From the IMG/VR virus record IMGVR_UViG_3300007734_000758: 64,000 nt of DNA; one strand, written 5' to 3'. The notes beneath the pieces were generated by a model that made no database searches, was not told where the DNA came from, and worked only from the letters and a program-made list of their open reading frames with translations. A program made the translations under genes and the position numbers. The stretch comes from a virus. Positions 1-9,083 of this stretch are shown here, piece after piece (within the stretch, counting starts at the first letter, position 1; the number at the start of each line of letters is the position of its first letter).

Positions 1-142
1 CATAAATTTCTCCAGATTCTGGCGTCCCTTGATTCGTGTGGTGTACCACGTATACTTTTGCTTCCATATTATTTTGTTTATTGTTTAGTACTATTACGTT
101 AACGTACGTACATCGTTAAATACTGAGAGCCGTACGGGCAAG

Positions 143-358
143 TTACATACATTGATAAGATTCACTCTGACGCCAATTATTATAATACTCATCGCTCGCT
201 TCAACGACCTCATCGATATGAACACTCTTATGATACACAGTACCACTATTAACACCCTTAAGATTCACACGCATTCCGTGCTTTTTACTGTTACGTACTG
301 CAGATACACGATAATACCCGCTTGCATACTTAACGATACTTCCGATCTCAATATCCAT
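143..358 (-). CDS. hypothetical small early protein (likely start MDIEIG at 358)
   Basis: ORF 143..412 in track; promoter motif at 382-412 implies the downstream ATG at 358. Confidence 0.55.
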   Translation of the reverse strand: MDIEIGSIVKYASGYYRVSAVRNSKKHGMRVNLKGVNSGTVYHKSVHIDEVVEASDEYYNNWRQSESYQCM

Positions 359-381
359 ATCTTTTATCTTTTTATTATACT

Positions 382-412
382 TAAATCTAGTAAACATATT
401 CCATACTACCAA
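382..412 (-). promoter_or_regulatory. Bacteroidetes-type early promoter TTG-N20-TAGATTTA
   Basis: Same spacing as copies at 3584, 5465, 5736 and 55428; resembles the -33 TTTG / -7 TAnnTTTG consensus. Confidence 0.7.
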
Positions 413-1333
413 GGAATTTGGAAGATTTTTTTCAAATTAGCATTTTTTTAATCAACCCTCAGTGTACGTTATAAGATTAATAATCAAACATATGTTTCAT
501 TAAAAACTTTTTAATCAACCCTCAGTGTGCGTTATAAATTTTATAATCGGGCTTGACTCTCAATCGTTTACAACGTGTTCCTTGAGTCCTAGAGCATACA
601 TGCCCTAGAACCTAAGTATACGCAATGGTTTCTGGCAAACACAAGTATAGTGCCACCCCTAGGGCTTAAAACCCTAGAGCAAGTGCAATCCTTGAGTCCT
701 AGAGCATGCCCCTGAAGCCGGCACTCCATTGTTTCATTACTACTGGTTACGTTTACGTACGTACACCGTTAAATACTATGAACCTATATACGCGTTTCCA
801 AGACTTGGCTATTACCGTTATCCACCAACCGATTCGCTAAACTTATCCCGTACACTGCCCCATAACCGAATTCGGATCCGATCCCGCGGGGGCTTTAGAA
901 GTCCGATACGGGGTGCGAGTGGTAGGGTGATATCTTATCCCATGGAATTAGAGTGGAGTACATAGCAGCGTCCTATAGGCGTTTTAGGTATATAGAAAGG
1001 GAGGGTGGACTCGGTAGACTTGTTTTCCAATCCACCCAATCCTCCCTAAGCACGTACCTACCTATAACATTAGCCTAATCTGTTCCTTCCAAATATCTCT
1101 CCCTCAAGTTTGGGGCTGTACCATTGGTGTATGGGATTAGTATTTCGATTTATTTCCTAATATCTGCTTCGGTCTTAATGACAACTCTTGAGTATTGCCT
1201 TTAAGCCAGGACCGCTATCGACTAATGGACCTAATATCTCTACCTCATAGGATTTGCCCTGCTTTATTGTGAGTAATTCAGTTCCTTTCGTCCGATTGGA
1301 TCGTATATTATGCTGATTGACGTGAAGTCTTCA

Positions 1334-1609
1334 TTACTCGATTACTGTTATGCTGAACTTGTTGCTTGAGGTCTTAGTGGCCGGGTTGAATTCTAACCAT
1401 GTAGTCGTTGTGACCGTTGTGTCTGCTTTAAAGCGTGCTACGTATACGTATTCGCCATCTGCATAGAAGTATTTATATACTTCGATTGGGGCGTCTTCAT
1501 CTGTACTTATACGTACTAACGTTCCGGCCGAATCGGTACAAGAGTATAATAGTAGTAGTGTTAGGATAGATATTATCGTTTTCATTGCCGTTGTAGTTTT
1601 CATAACCAT
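1334..1609 (-). CDS. putative lipoprotein
   Basis: MKTIISILTLLLLYSC signal peptide with lipobox Cys. Confidence 0.6.
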   Translation of the reverse strand: MVMKTTTAMKTIISILTLLLLYSCTDSAGTLVRISTDEDAPIEVYKYFYADGEYVYVARFKADTTVTTTTWLEFNPATKTSSNKFSITVIE

Positions 1610-1974
1610 TTCTTTTCCTTTAGTGCTTTTAGGAATGCTTTAAGTTCGGATATTCCTATAGGGGACATTCGGATTTCTTCCCGGAGATGGTGTAATACGT
1701 CGGTATCGTCTTCTAATACCCCGTTTAGCCATATATCATTATCCCAATATTCTGTTCTCCAAGGTTGTACTCTCTTATCGGTAAATTCGATATCAACACC
1801 TTCATAGTATTCGCCCGTGTCATCTCTTTCAGTCCTGGTAGCTTCAAAGCAATACTCATCACTTTCAGTGAGCATTCCCTGGAATTGAATGATGTCAATC
1901 TCTATTGGTTGTTCTTCTCGAACATACCATACTCCGTTTATTTGTATTCTATCTTTTTTTACTAGTGTGTTCAT
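1600..1974 (-). CDS. hypothetical protein
   Basis: Co-oriented ORF overlapping its neighbour. Confidence 0.7.
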   Translation of the reverse strand: MNTLVKKDRIQINGVWYVREEQPIEIDIIQFQGMLTESDEYCFEATRTERDDTGEYYEGVDIEFTDKRVQPWRTEYWDNDIWLNGVLEDDTDVLHHLREEIRMSPIGISELKAFLKALKEKKWL

Positions 1975-1977
1975 ATA

Positions 1978-2109
1978 TTAAGTTTTAAGTTTGTGTTCTT
2001 TTTTACAGTTCTCGCAGTACCATCCCCAAGTTCTTGCATCTGTAATACATCCACAAAACTCACAAGTAAACCATATCTCATGGTTATAGATAATCTCAAA
2101 CTTTCTCAT
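1978..2109 (-). CDS. 43-aa zinc-ribbon protein (not in ORF track)
   Basis: Manual translation MRKFEII...CEFC...CENC...KLKT*; fills the gap between genes. Confidence 0.55.
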   Translation of the reverse strand: MRKFEIIYNHEIWFTCEFCGCITDARTWGWYCENCKKEHKLKT

Positions 2110-2111
2110 AA

Positions 2112-2555
2112 CTATTGCTTTGCTTTTACAAGTTCAATTAATTTACGAAGACAGGCTAATTCTGCTTCTTCAGGCGTACTATAATCATAAGCATCAACAT
2201 GTTTATAAGGAGGAACTTCTACAATACCTTCTATGACAGTCATAGTTTTGAAAGTCCAATCCATTGTAATAGTTGGTATAACAATACCATAAAGCTGATG
2301 ATTTTTTAGTAACCATCTAAATGCTTGTTGGTAGAGTGGTGCTAATATGTATCCCGATACTACATTTGCCAACTCACTGCGGTTCATTGGCCAAAAAGGA
2401 GAATTTTTCCTTTTATGTATTACATCATACCACGAGTCGTTAAAAATTAATTCTTTTGTTGTTGAATCGTATACCTTGAAGGTATATATTCCATCAAACC
2501 CAAGTTGTTTGAGTTCTAATGATTCATTATACGGTACAAATTCTTTATTCATCAC
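2112..2555 (-). CDS. hypothetical phage protein (KEFVPY..SLELKQLGF...YxxxEEAELACLRKLIE type)
   Basis: ORF with the N- and C-terminal motifs of a phage family recalled from memory. Confidence 0.75.
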   Translation of the reverse strand: MMNKEFVPYNESLELKQLGFDGIYTFKVYDSTTKELIFNDSWYDVIHKRKNSPFWPMNRSELANVVSGYILAPLYQQAFRWLLKNHQLYGIVIPTITMDWTFKTMTVIEGIVEVPPYKHVDAYDYSTPEEAELACLRKLIELVKAKQ

Positions 2556-3142
2556 TGTTTTAATTTAAGTTTACCGTCTACAAAATCTACTATCCATTGT
2601 GTTTTGAGTGGTGTGGTGTCATACCTCATTAATATCCAAGCACATTCTACATCAGTGTCTAATCCTTCTAATCCAGCTTCAACCACATCATATTTTTTCC
2701 AACCTTGTATAAATGCTTTACACATTAATCCATGTACTTCTTCTCTTGTATACTTCCTATCCTTGTTATCTTCAAGACATTGGGTATACCCTCTTATAAA
2801 AGAATCATAACCAACCTGATCTATGTTATCTTCAATATCAGCATACTCACACCCGATAAATTTCTCTGCCTTCTTCTCCACATCCACCTCACCAATTAGT
2901 TCTTTTACTTCTTGGAGAGATAAGGGCTGTATTCTGTAATAGATGTACCTACCATCGATGGGTTCAAGTGCTCGTGTTGAGTGGGTGATTTTTTTATACT
3001 CTTTTCTTGACTTCCAATAATCTGTATCTAATACCACACACATTCTTACTTGGTTGGTATCATCTAAATACCAATCTTTATACTTAATCTCTGAATCATC
3101 CACTACCACATAGTGGTCTGTATTAATCTTTATTAGATTCAT
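2552..3142 (-). CDS. hypothetical protein
   Basis: 196-aa ORF overlapping both neighbours by 4 nt. Confidence 0.75.
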   Translation of the reverse strand: MNLIKINTDHYVVVDDSEIKYKDWYLDDTNQVRMCVVLDTDYWKSRKEYKKITHSTRALEPIDGRYIYYRIQPLSLQEVKELIGEVDVEKKAEKFIGCEYADIEDNIDQVGYDSFIRGYTQCLEDNKDRKYTREEVHGLMCKAFIQGWKKYDVVEAGLEGLDTDVECAWILMRYDTTPLKTQWIVDFVDGKLKLKQ

Positions 3143-3567
3143 ACCTTAGTTAATTTATACCGTACGCCATCAATTTCTACTATCTTATTTTCACAATACT
3201 TTGGTCGGTTGTCTGTAATGATACCATTGCAATTTTCAAAATAGATTTGCTTACCATTGGAATCATATTCCATCTTCCGCCAATAACCATTGGAATTTTC
3301 ATAATAGATTTCCTTTCCATTGGAATCATATTCCCTCTTACACCAATAACCATTGGAATGTTCATAACAGATTTCATTTCCATTGGAATCATATTCCATC
3401 TTCCGCCAATAACCATTGGAATTTTCATAATAAATTAGATTTCCATTGGAATCGTATTCACTCTTCTCCCAATAACCATTGGAAGATTCATAATAGATTT
3501 CCTTCCCATTCTTATCGTTGATTACAAACGGAAAGTCTTTGATTTTAAGTTGTTTTGCAATTGTCAT
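3139..3567 (-). CDS. tandem-repeat protein (21-aa YExSNGYW..EYDSNG units)
   Basis: 63-nt periodicity: caataaccattgga at 3281, 3344, 3407, 3470. Confidence 0.8.
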   Translation of the reverse strand: MTIAKQLKIKDFPFVINDKNGKEIYYESSNGYWEKSEYDSNGNLIYYENSNGYWRKMEYDSNGNEICYEHSNGYWCKREYDSNGKEIYYENSNGYWRKMEYDSNGKQIYFENCNGIITDNRPKYCENKIVEIDGVRYKLTKV

Positions 3568-3583
3568 ATCTTCTTCTTTTATT

Positions 3584-3615
3584 TAAAGGTAGTAAATAAT
3601 CTTGATACTTACAAA
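3584..3615 (-). promoter_or_regulatory. early promoter TTTG-N20-TACCTTTA
   Basis: Motif match just upstream of the 3567 start. Confidence 0.65.
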
Positions 3616-3626
3616 TCAATATCCAT

Positions 3627-3782
3627 TTAATTTACAAACTTTCGTACTGATGCTAATACAAATACGAATAGTGTTACTGACCAAAATATTCCATATGGGA
3701 ATACAGACAACCCCGTTTCTATACAATAGATTGGAAATAGTATTAGTGCGATACTGACCGGCAAGTATATTGACTTTAGCAT
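3627..3782 (-). CDS. 51-aa membrane protein (not in ORF track)
   Basis: Manual translation MLKSIYLPVSIALILFPIYC...; two hydrophobic stretches. Confidence 0.45.
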   Translation of the reverse strand: MLKSIYLPVSIALILFPIYCIETGLSVFPYGIFWSVTLFVFVLASVRKFVN

Positions 3783-4063
3783 TGAGTTATTTGTTTTGTA
3801 TGTTTACAACTGCGATCGCGTGAACGTTTCCAACCCCAGCAGTCGCATTCTGCTTTGCCAGTATCATATACACGTACTCTGTATTGGTCTCCCTTACTTC
3901 CTGTCACGGAATAGTCTTTGTATGCAGGTGTAGAGCCATTTATCGGTTTCCATTCTATATCCTCTAACTGGAAATCTAACGGTACTGGTATCCATTGTGG
4001 TACGATGTACTGTTTACCGTTCAGAACGACTAGGGCCGGATGAAAATGTGATTCAATTAGCAT
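3776..4063 (-). CDS. SWIM zinc-finger protein
   Basis: CDC...CKH (CxC-Xn-CxH) preceded by GSKG..YRV. Confidence 0.75.
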   Translation of the reverse strand: MLIESHFHPALVVLNGKQYIVPQWIPVPLDFQLEDIEWKPINGSTPAYKDYSVTGSKGDQYRVRVYDTGKAECDCWGWKRSRDRSCKHTKQITQC

Positions 4064-4232
4064 GCAACTTACGTTCAGTTACTTTGTATATGGAATTCAA
4101 TTGTTGTATACGGGCAATATACCGTTTACGTTCTTTGGGACTTAGGTAGAGATACCGGTCAATGATTTCCTGTATGAACTCTTTACGTTCATTCTCGATA
4201 TCAATAGTGCTTTTCGGTAATGTTATAGGCAT
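4053..4232 (-). CDS. hypothetical protein (likely start MPITLPK)
   Basis: The upstream part of the track ORF overlaps a hairpin. Confidence 0.5.
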   Translation of the reverse strand: MPITLPKSTIDIENERKEFIQEIIDRYLYLSPKERKRYIARIQQLNSIYKVTERKLHAN

Positions 4233-4249
4233 AACTTGTTTTTTAAAGT

Positions 4250-4276
4250 GGGAGAGTGGCTTGTGGCCACCCTCCC
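4250..4276 (-). terminator. hairpin downstream of AAA ATPase
   Basis: gggagagtggc-ttgtg-gccaccctccc imperfect stem. Confidence 0.5.
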
Positions 4277-4289
4277 TATACAACCAAAA

Positions 4290-5432
4290 TCAAGCAATAT
4301 ATTTCTGAACAATTTGTTTGATGTATGTGCGCTCGCTATCAGCACCACCCTCATCATCGAAGAAGGGATAGATACAAACCTCAGCCGCTTCTGCCAATGA
4401 GAATCCATCCTCAATGAGACCTGCCATCTCCAACACCAGACGAGTACTGATCGAACTAGAAATCTTTCCTGAATCCGACTTACTCTCCAAACGAGTTAGA
4501 TTTGAAATCTCTGCCAATGTCATAGCCATCGTAGGATTGATATTGAACCTACTAGTGATTAGGCTCGATTCATCCGCAGTATTCAATTGGTCCATTTCCA
4601 TGATAATGAATCGGTCAATAAGGGCACGGTCCATTACTCGAGTCGCGGTATATTTGGCACCAATATTAGCAGTCGCAACAAAGCATACACCATCTGCTAC
4701 CTTTACCGTAGGACTGTCGATTGCTTCATCCAGACGCAAATAGCGTTGACCCGGATCGAGTACAGTCATTAGGATATTCCATGCTTCAGGGTGGGCTCGG
4801 GATATTTCATCCAACAGGATAACACTATCCGGAATTTGAATTGCCCTTACAAAGGCAGATTCGGCGAAGAATGTTCCGGAATCTTTTGAGAACTGCGTGT
4901 TACCAATCAATGCGCCACGCGGGTCCTGAGTAGCACCCAGGTTAAAGATAAAGCATTGACGGTCCAATACCTCAGCAGCCATCTTTGCAGCAGTCGTCTT
5001 ACCCGAACCAGCTTCACCCGTTACCAGGATATTTTTACCCCTCAGGATAGAACGCACCATGTATTTCCATTTAGGTTGCGTTATCTTAAGGTCTCCGGGA
5101 GTAGTGAGACGATCGGAATGGATGAATGCCATTACTTCATTCGATTCAACGGGAATTGCAATTGGCTCAATCTCCTGGATTTCTGCCACCTTTGCGGTTT
5201 GTGATGATTTACTCTTCATAGTGCCTGTTCGGTCAACATCACCTGCTTTGCTCGGATGAATACGGCGCTGACGACCTGTACTCGTATCCAATTGCAGGTA
5301 TTGGTTGTTTTCGATTGCTAATTGTAATTGAACTTTCCGGCAAAGGTGAGTCCAGTCAGACCCATCATTGATATCGATACCGGCATAATTGTTTGCTCCT
5401 AAGAGCTTTGGCTGTAAGATTACGATTGACAT
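4290..5432 (-). CDS. MoxR/CbbQ-like AAA+ ATPase
   Basis: Walker A GEAGSGKT, Walker B ILLDEISR, ATAN sensor, MDRALIDRF, STR. Confidence 0.9.
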   Translation of the reverse strand: MSIVILQPKLLGANNYAGIDINDGSDWTHLCRKVQLQLAIENNQYLQLDTSTGRQRRIHPSKAGDVDRTGTMKSKSSQTAKVAEIQEIEPIAIPVESNEVMAFIHSDRLTTPGDLKITQPKWKYMVRSILRGKNILVTGEAGSGKTTAAKMAAEVLDRQCFIFNLGATQDPRGALIGNTQFSKDSGTFFAESAFVRAIQIPDSVILLDEISRAHPEAWNILMTVLDPGQRYLRLDEAIDSPTVKVADGVCFVATANIGAKYTATRVMDRALIDRFIIMEMDQLNTADESSLITSRFNINPTMAMTLAEISNLTRLESKSDSGKISSSISTRLVLEMAGLIEDGFSLAEAAEVCIYPFFDDEGGADSERTYIKQIVQKYIA

Positions 5433-5454
5433 TTGATTTTGGTTTTTTATAATA

Positions 5455-5538
5455 ACTTAATACTTAAATCTAGGAAATAATCTTCATACTGACAAGAAAA
5501 CCTGAAACTTTTTTTCAAACTTCTATAACTCATTGAAA
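5455..5538 (-). promoter_or_regulatory. early promoter cassette, copy A (TTG-N20-TAGATTTA plus conserved upstream tgaaactttttttcaaa.ttctataact)
   Basis: About 75 bp near-repeat of 5727-5808. Confidence 0.75.
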
Positions 5539-5712
5539 CTCATACCATAACACTTCAACCAGGTCATCGTCTATATCAACTGAGGTGTCGGGGTATGAAT
5601 CTATGAGGAATTTCACGAATTTCATACGACGAACAGACATCCATGGCATAGAATCCATCTCTACCATAGCATCGTTCAGGTGGTTCTTAATTATAAGGCT
5701 AATCTTTGTCAT
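5530..5712 (-). CDS. hypothetical early protein
   Basis: ORF bracketed by the two promoter repeats. Confidence 0.65.
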   Translation of the reverse strand: MTKISLIIKNHLNDAMVEMDSMPWMSVRRMKFVKFLIDSYPDTSVDIDDDLVEVLWYEFQ

Positions 5713-5726
5713 ATCCCTTATCTTTT

Positions 5727-5848
5727 AATTATACTTAAATCTAGGTAATTAGATTCAAATAAACAAGGAACTATGAAACTTTTTTTCAAATTTCTATAAC
5801 TTATTGAGAATCAATAGGTTACAACGTACTCCTTGAGTCCTAGGGCAT
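5727..5848 (-). promoter_or_regulatory. early promoter cassette, copy B, with upstream ccttgagtcctagggcat element
   Basis: Repeat of 5455-5538, 371-436 and 568-597. Confidence 0.75.
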
Positions 5849-5865
5849 GCAGTCATTTTTTTAGG

Positions 5866-7581
5866 TTATGCTTCCTTAAATTCATCTACAATAATTGCAA
5901 TGCTTATAGAACTGCTACCCTTCGCTTCTCGTATATCTAGTTTTGTTTTGTATTTTTTGCGACCCATTTTAGTGATGAATTCTAAGTATATGCCCGCTTT
6001 GGTTACAGTGTCGACCGTTAATATCGATTCTGATTCCAGTTTCAGACTATCTCTACCCTTAAATTCTGTAATGTGACCGACAGTTCCTTTCGATGATGCT
6101 ACTACTTTATAAAATGTAGGATTAAATCCACTCAACGAAACTCCGAAGGCAGTAAGAGCCAAAAACGGATCTTTGTATTTTGACATTATGGGATTGATAC
6201 TTTTCAATACATTGAAATCTTCAAAATATGTAGTCAGTAGTCTATAAGCTGCAGATTTCACAAGTTTCTTTCTAACTATAGCCATTGGATCCGGTTCTTT
6301 AGATACTTTACTAGAACCGAATGTATTTTTATAACCAAATTTTCGTACAGCAATGCCATAACGTTTTTTCTCAGTGTCATACGATGTTTCGATGGTACCT
6401 GCTATTTTTTTAGTTATTTTAGTTTCGCCCTTTAAAACTAGTAATTCAGGACGCGTGAAATCAGATCGTTGAGACCCTAACTGTTCTCCTGATATATTTT
6501 TCACCACTAAAAATTCTTTTGCTCGCCCACTGACAGCCTCTTCTTCTTTCAATGAAATCGCAAATACTAAAGGATCGGTAGATTCGAATAATGAATTTAA
6601 TCCTACTTGAAGTACGTTTCCACTTTTATCTTCAATGTTAATTATAGAATTATTTTTCTTCGATTCCGCTACAATTCTATTAATTTCACTAACCGAAGAT
6701 TTCTTATATAAATACACATCACCCGGACACCATTTATCTTTTGGTATTTTTGTTATATCAGCTGCTACTTTTTTAATTTTTTCGTACAAGTCACCCCTGT
6801 CTATAATTAAACCGGGGCCTATGTTGCTCTGTATTGTTCTTGCTGCTGATATTGCATTTAAATATAATTTTTTAGTTTTTGGATCCAACTCAACGTCGGA
6901 AAGAAGTAATTCTATCCCAGAAGTAACATAATTTGAAGCTTTCTGTCCATAGTACGCGGCGCTGATTGAATTGATATTAGATTCTATATTAGATCGTATC
7001 GATGCGTTGTTAGTAACACGATTTTCAAATTCACCCAATAACTTATCATTACATTTATAAAAAAATACTACTAAACCTTCCTTAAAGTCTGCAGTCTCCG
7101 TTCCCTGTAATCCGGCTTCTGTTTCCGTCGTCGTGAATGTTCCTTTACTAATATCAGAAAGTCGTATGAACTCACCGTCATTATCACCGGTTAGTGGTAT
7201 AACTGCATTCCTACCAAACATAGAACGCATTTTATCTTGCCGGGCGCTGAGATTTTTTATACCGTCTAACATTTCAAGCGTTTCAAGAAATGATTTATCT
7301 ATTATAACTTTTGATTTATCCTTTTCAAGAACAAACGGTTCACCACTAGATATCTTTTCAATAAAGCCCCTAAAATATTTTTCTTTATTTAAGTTCGCGG
7401 GATCGAATTTGGCCTCCGAAATAATATTCCTAGATGCTAGATTAGGTGAATCAATTCCCATCTCAACCAACACATTTTCTAACACCAACCAGTCAGCCGG
7501 ATTATTTACGTCCGGATATCCTTTATCGCATCGATAGGACCATTCTAATAAAATTTTATCTAATAATTCAGGAGTAATCAT
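5866..7581 (-). CDS. large late protein; putative PD-(D/E)xK endonuclease with an N-terminal EWSYR..GYPD domain
   Basis: DKWCPGDVYL...ISLK resembles a restriction-like nuclease core; ATATTTATA motif 5 nt upstream. Confidence 0.55.
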   Translation of the reverse strand: MITPELLDKILLEWSYRCDKGYPDVNNPADWLVLENVLVEMGIDSPNLASRNIISEAKFDPANLNKEKYFRGFIEKISSGEPFVLEKDKSKVIIDKSFLETLEMLDGIKNLSARQDKMRSMFGRNAVIPLTGDNDGEFIRLSDISKGTFTTTETEAGLQGTETADFKEGLVVFFYKCNDKLLGEFENRVTNNASIRSNIESNINSISAAYYGQKASNYVTSGIELLLSDVELDPKTKKLYLNAISAARTIQSNIGPGLIIDRGDLYEKIKKVAADITKIPKDKWCPGDVYLYKKSSVSEINRIVAESKKNNSIINIEDKSGNVLQVGLNSLFESTDPLVFAISLKEEEAVSGRAKEFLVVKNISGEQLGSQRSDFTRPELLVLKGETKITKKIAGTIETSYDTEKKRYGIAVRKFGYKNTFGSSKVSKEPDPMAIVRKKLVKSAAYRLLTTYFEDFNVLKSINPIMSKYKDPFLALTAFGVSLSGFNPTFYKVVASSKGTVGHITEFKGRDSLKLESESILTVDTVTKAGIYLEFITKMGRKKYKTKLDIREAKGSSSISIAIIVDEFKEA

Positions 7582-7634
7582 ATACTATAAATATCGATTG
7601 CTAAGATTTAAATGTAAGATTGTATTAAGACGAA

Positions 7635-7660
7635 AATAGGCACTTGACGGTGTGCCTATT
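7635..7660 (-). terminator. hairpin terminator
   Basis: aataggcac-ttgacggt-gtgcctatt. Confidence 0.6.
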
Positions 7661-7685
7661 CGTATGGTTTATTTAAAATTTAATT

Positions 7686-8000
7686 TTATGCAACTTTCCA
7701 CTGAATTTCACCTTCCCAATTTTGTGAAAGTGCTGTGGATACTCTCCATGTATATCCATTTTCTTGAAGCCAATCATTGGCCATTCTTGTGAATTTTTTA
7801 ACTGATGTAGGCGATTTAAAATTTATATCACCTTCGTCAGTAAATAAATTTAACCACTCATCTGCATGTTCTGGCTTAATTATATTTTTTTCTACTAGGT
7901 TCCAATCATCGATAACTGCACCGGATTTTAATGTTCTCGCTTCCGCTACTGCTTTTCGAACCTCTTCGCGGATTAGTTTACGGAATTCTGTTGCTTTCAT
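7686..8000 (-). CDS. hypothetical protein with cargo-type leader MKATEFRKLIREEV
   Basis: Leader shared with 53861 and 56079; ATATTTATT motif at 8038-8046. Confidence 0.75.
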   Translation of the reverse strand: MKATEFRKLIREEVRKAVAEARTLKSGAVIDDWNLVEKNIIKPEHADEWLNLFTDEGDINFKSPTSVKKFTRMANDWLQENGYTWRVSTALSQNWEGEIQWKVA

Positions 8001-8075
8001 TTTATTTCTTTTTTTGGTTTATAAAAAATCAATTTATAATAAATATCTACTCAGTAAAAAAACATACTAAAATAT

Positions 8076-8474
8076 CTAAATCTTTACCCATTTACCAGAT
8101 GAATCCAATTGAAACGATCCTACCCATCGCATTTGCCAGGCAGTAGGTTCAATTATTGAAAGAAACATTTGACCGTTATCCCTCTCATACAAATGATAGG
8201 TGTGTCCGACAGTGGGTATAAAACTATATTCAGCGTGTCTATATATGAGGTCATTCCAACCGAATTCCTGGACATACTTATGATATAACTCTTTTAACTC
8301 CTGGAATTTAGTTTGAAAGTAATGGTTTACATTTGAAACTCCCGTCTGTTTCCAACTATCAGCATTAGCCAATTCTATCTTAGGTGCACCGATATTAGAA
8401 CCATATGTTAATTCTTTGGCATAATATCCACGTTCCTCACTCCATACAACTAGATCCGGTTTGTCAGTATTCAT
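8076..8474 (-). CDS. DUF2452-like protein
   Basis: F.P.VG.TYHLY....FLSIIEP..W motif. Confidence 0.65.
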   Translation of the reverse strand: MNTDKPDLVVWSEERGYYAKELTYGSNIGAPKIELANADSWKQTGVSNVNHYFQTKFQELKELYHKYVQEFGWNDLIYRHAEYSFIPTVGHTYHLYERDNGQMFLSIIEPTAWQMRWVGSFQLDSSGKWVKI

Positions 8475-8499
8475 TATTCTTCTATAATTATTAACTCAA

Positions 8500-9033
8500 T
8501 TAACGTCTCCAATTACGAAAAACCCATTCCACATCATCAGTAACGGCTTCTTTAGAAGAATGCACTGCAGGTGTCGGATTTGATTCATGTATCAATCGCA
8601 ACATATGTATCAACCGGCTACGTTGTTTGAATGATATCCTATATGATTCATTCTGATTGATTACATACTCAATGGCAGGTTGTAATCCATTCGTTTCATA
8701 TATATCCATCATTGAAGTACCTACTGTATCGTATGCTTCTTCCGATTCATCCGCATCGACCAATTGGTTAACGGGTTTATCGGAAAGTTTTGTCTTTGAC
8801 TTTGTTTGTTTGCCAGGTCGTAAACCACGCATAATTCCAAACCCAGTCCTGGATCCTAATTTGTTAATGCGTTCTGCAGTATGTTTGTCTGTAATCTCAA
8901 TTGTATTGCCTGTCTTATGGTATACAACATCGATCACACCATACGCTTCTGTGTCTGAACATTGAATGCACTTATTGTAACCTAAAGCAATGCGTTTAGG
9001 GTGCATCTCTTCCCTACATTTTATACAATTCAT
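8500..9033 (-). CDS. protein with N-terminal DksA/TraR-like C4 zinc finger
   Basis: CIKC...PKR..LG...CIQC. Confidence 0.6.
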   Translation of the reverse strand: MNCIKCREEMHPKRIALGYNKCIQCSDTEAYGVIDVVYHKTGNTIEITDKHTAERINKLGSRTGFGIMRGLRPGKQTKSKTKLSDKPVNQLVDADESEEAYDTVGTSMMDIYETNGLQPAIEYVINQNESYRISFKQRSRLIHMLRLIHESNPTPAVHSSKEAVTDDVEWVFRNWRR

Positions 9034-9083
9034 GACATTAAGTTAAGAAATCTACCCCTAAAATACAAATGCGAATTGTGCCT

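Larger units (their letters stand above)
94..777. repeat. dispersed direct repeats: 31-bp pair (94-124, 747-777), 30-bp pair (445-474, 508-537), tccttgagtcctagagcat (579-597, 689-707)
   Basis: Seen directly; 0-2 mismatches per pair. A longer variant of 568-597 recurs at 5819-5848. Confidence 0.9.

Noticed and set aside
445-707. Repeat pairs as a possible mini-CRISPR array
   Set aside because: Only two copies of each repeat type here, different repeat sequences, and no cas operon; the Cas4-like nuclease at 39627 is in a replication context.
3139-3567. Possible diversity-generating retroelement TR/VR pair
   Set aside because: The repeats are in-frame tandem units with no adenine-specific pattern evident, and there is no reverse transcriptase in the window.
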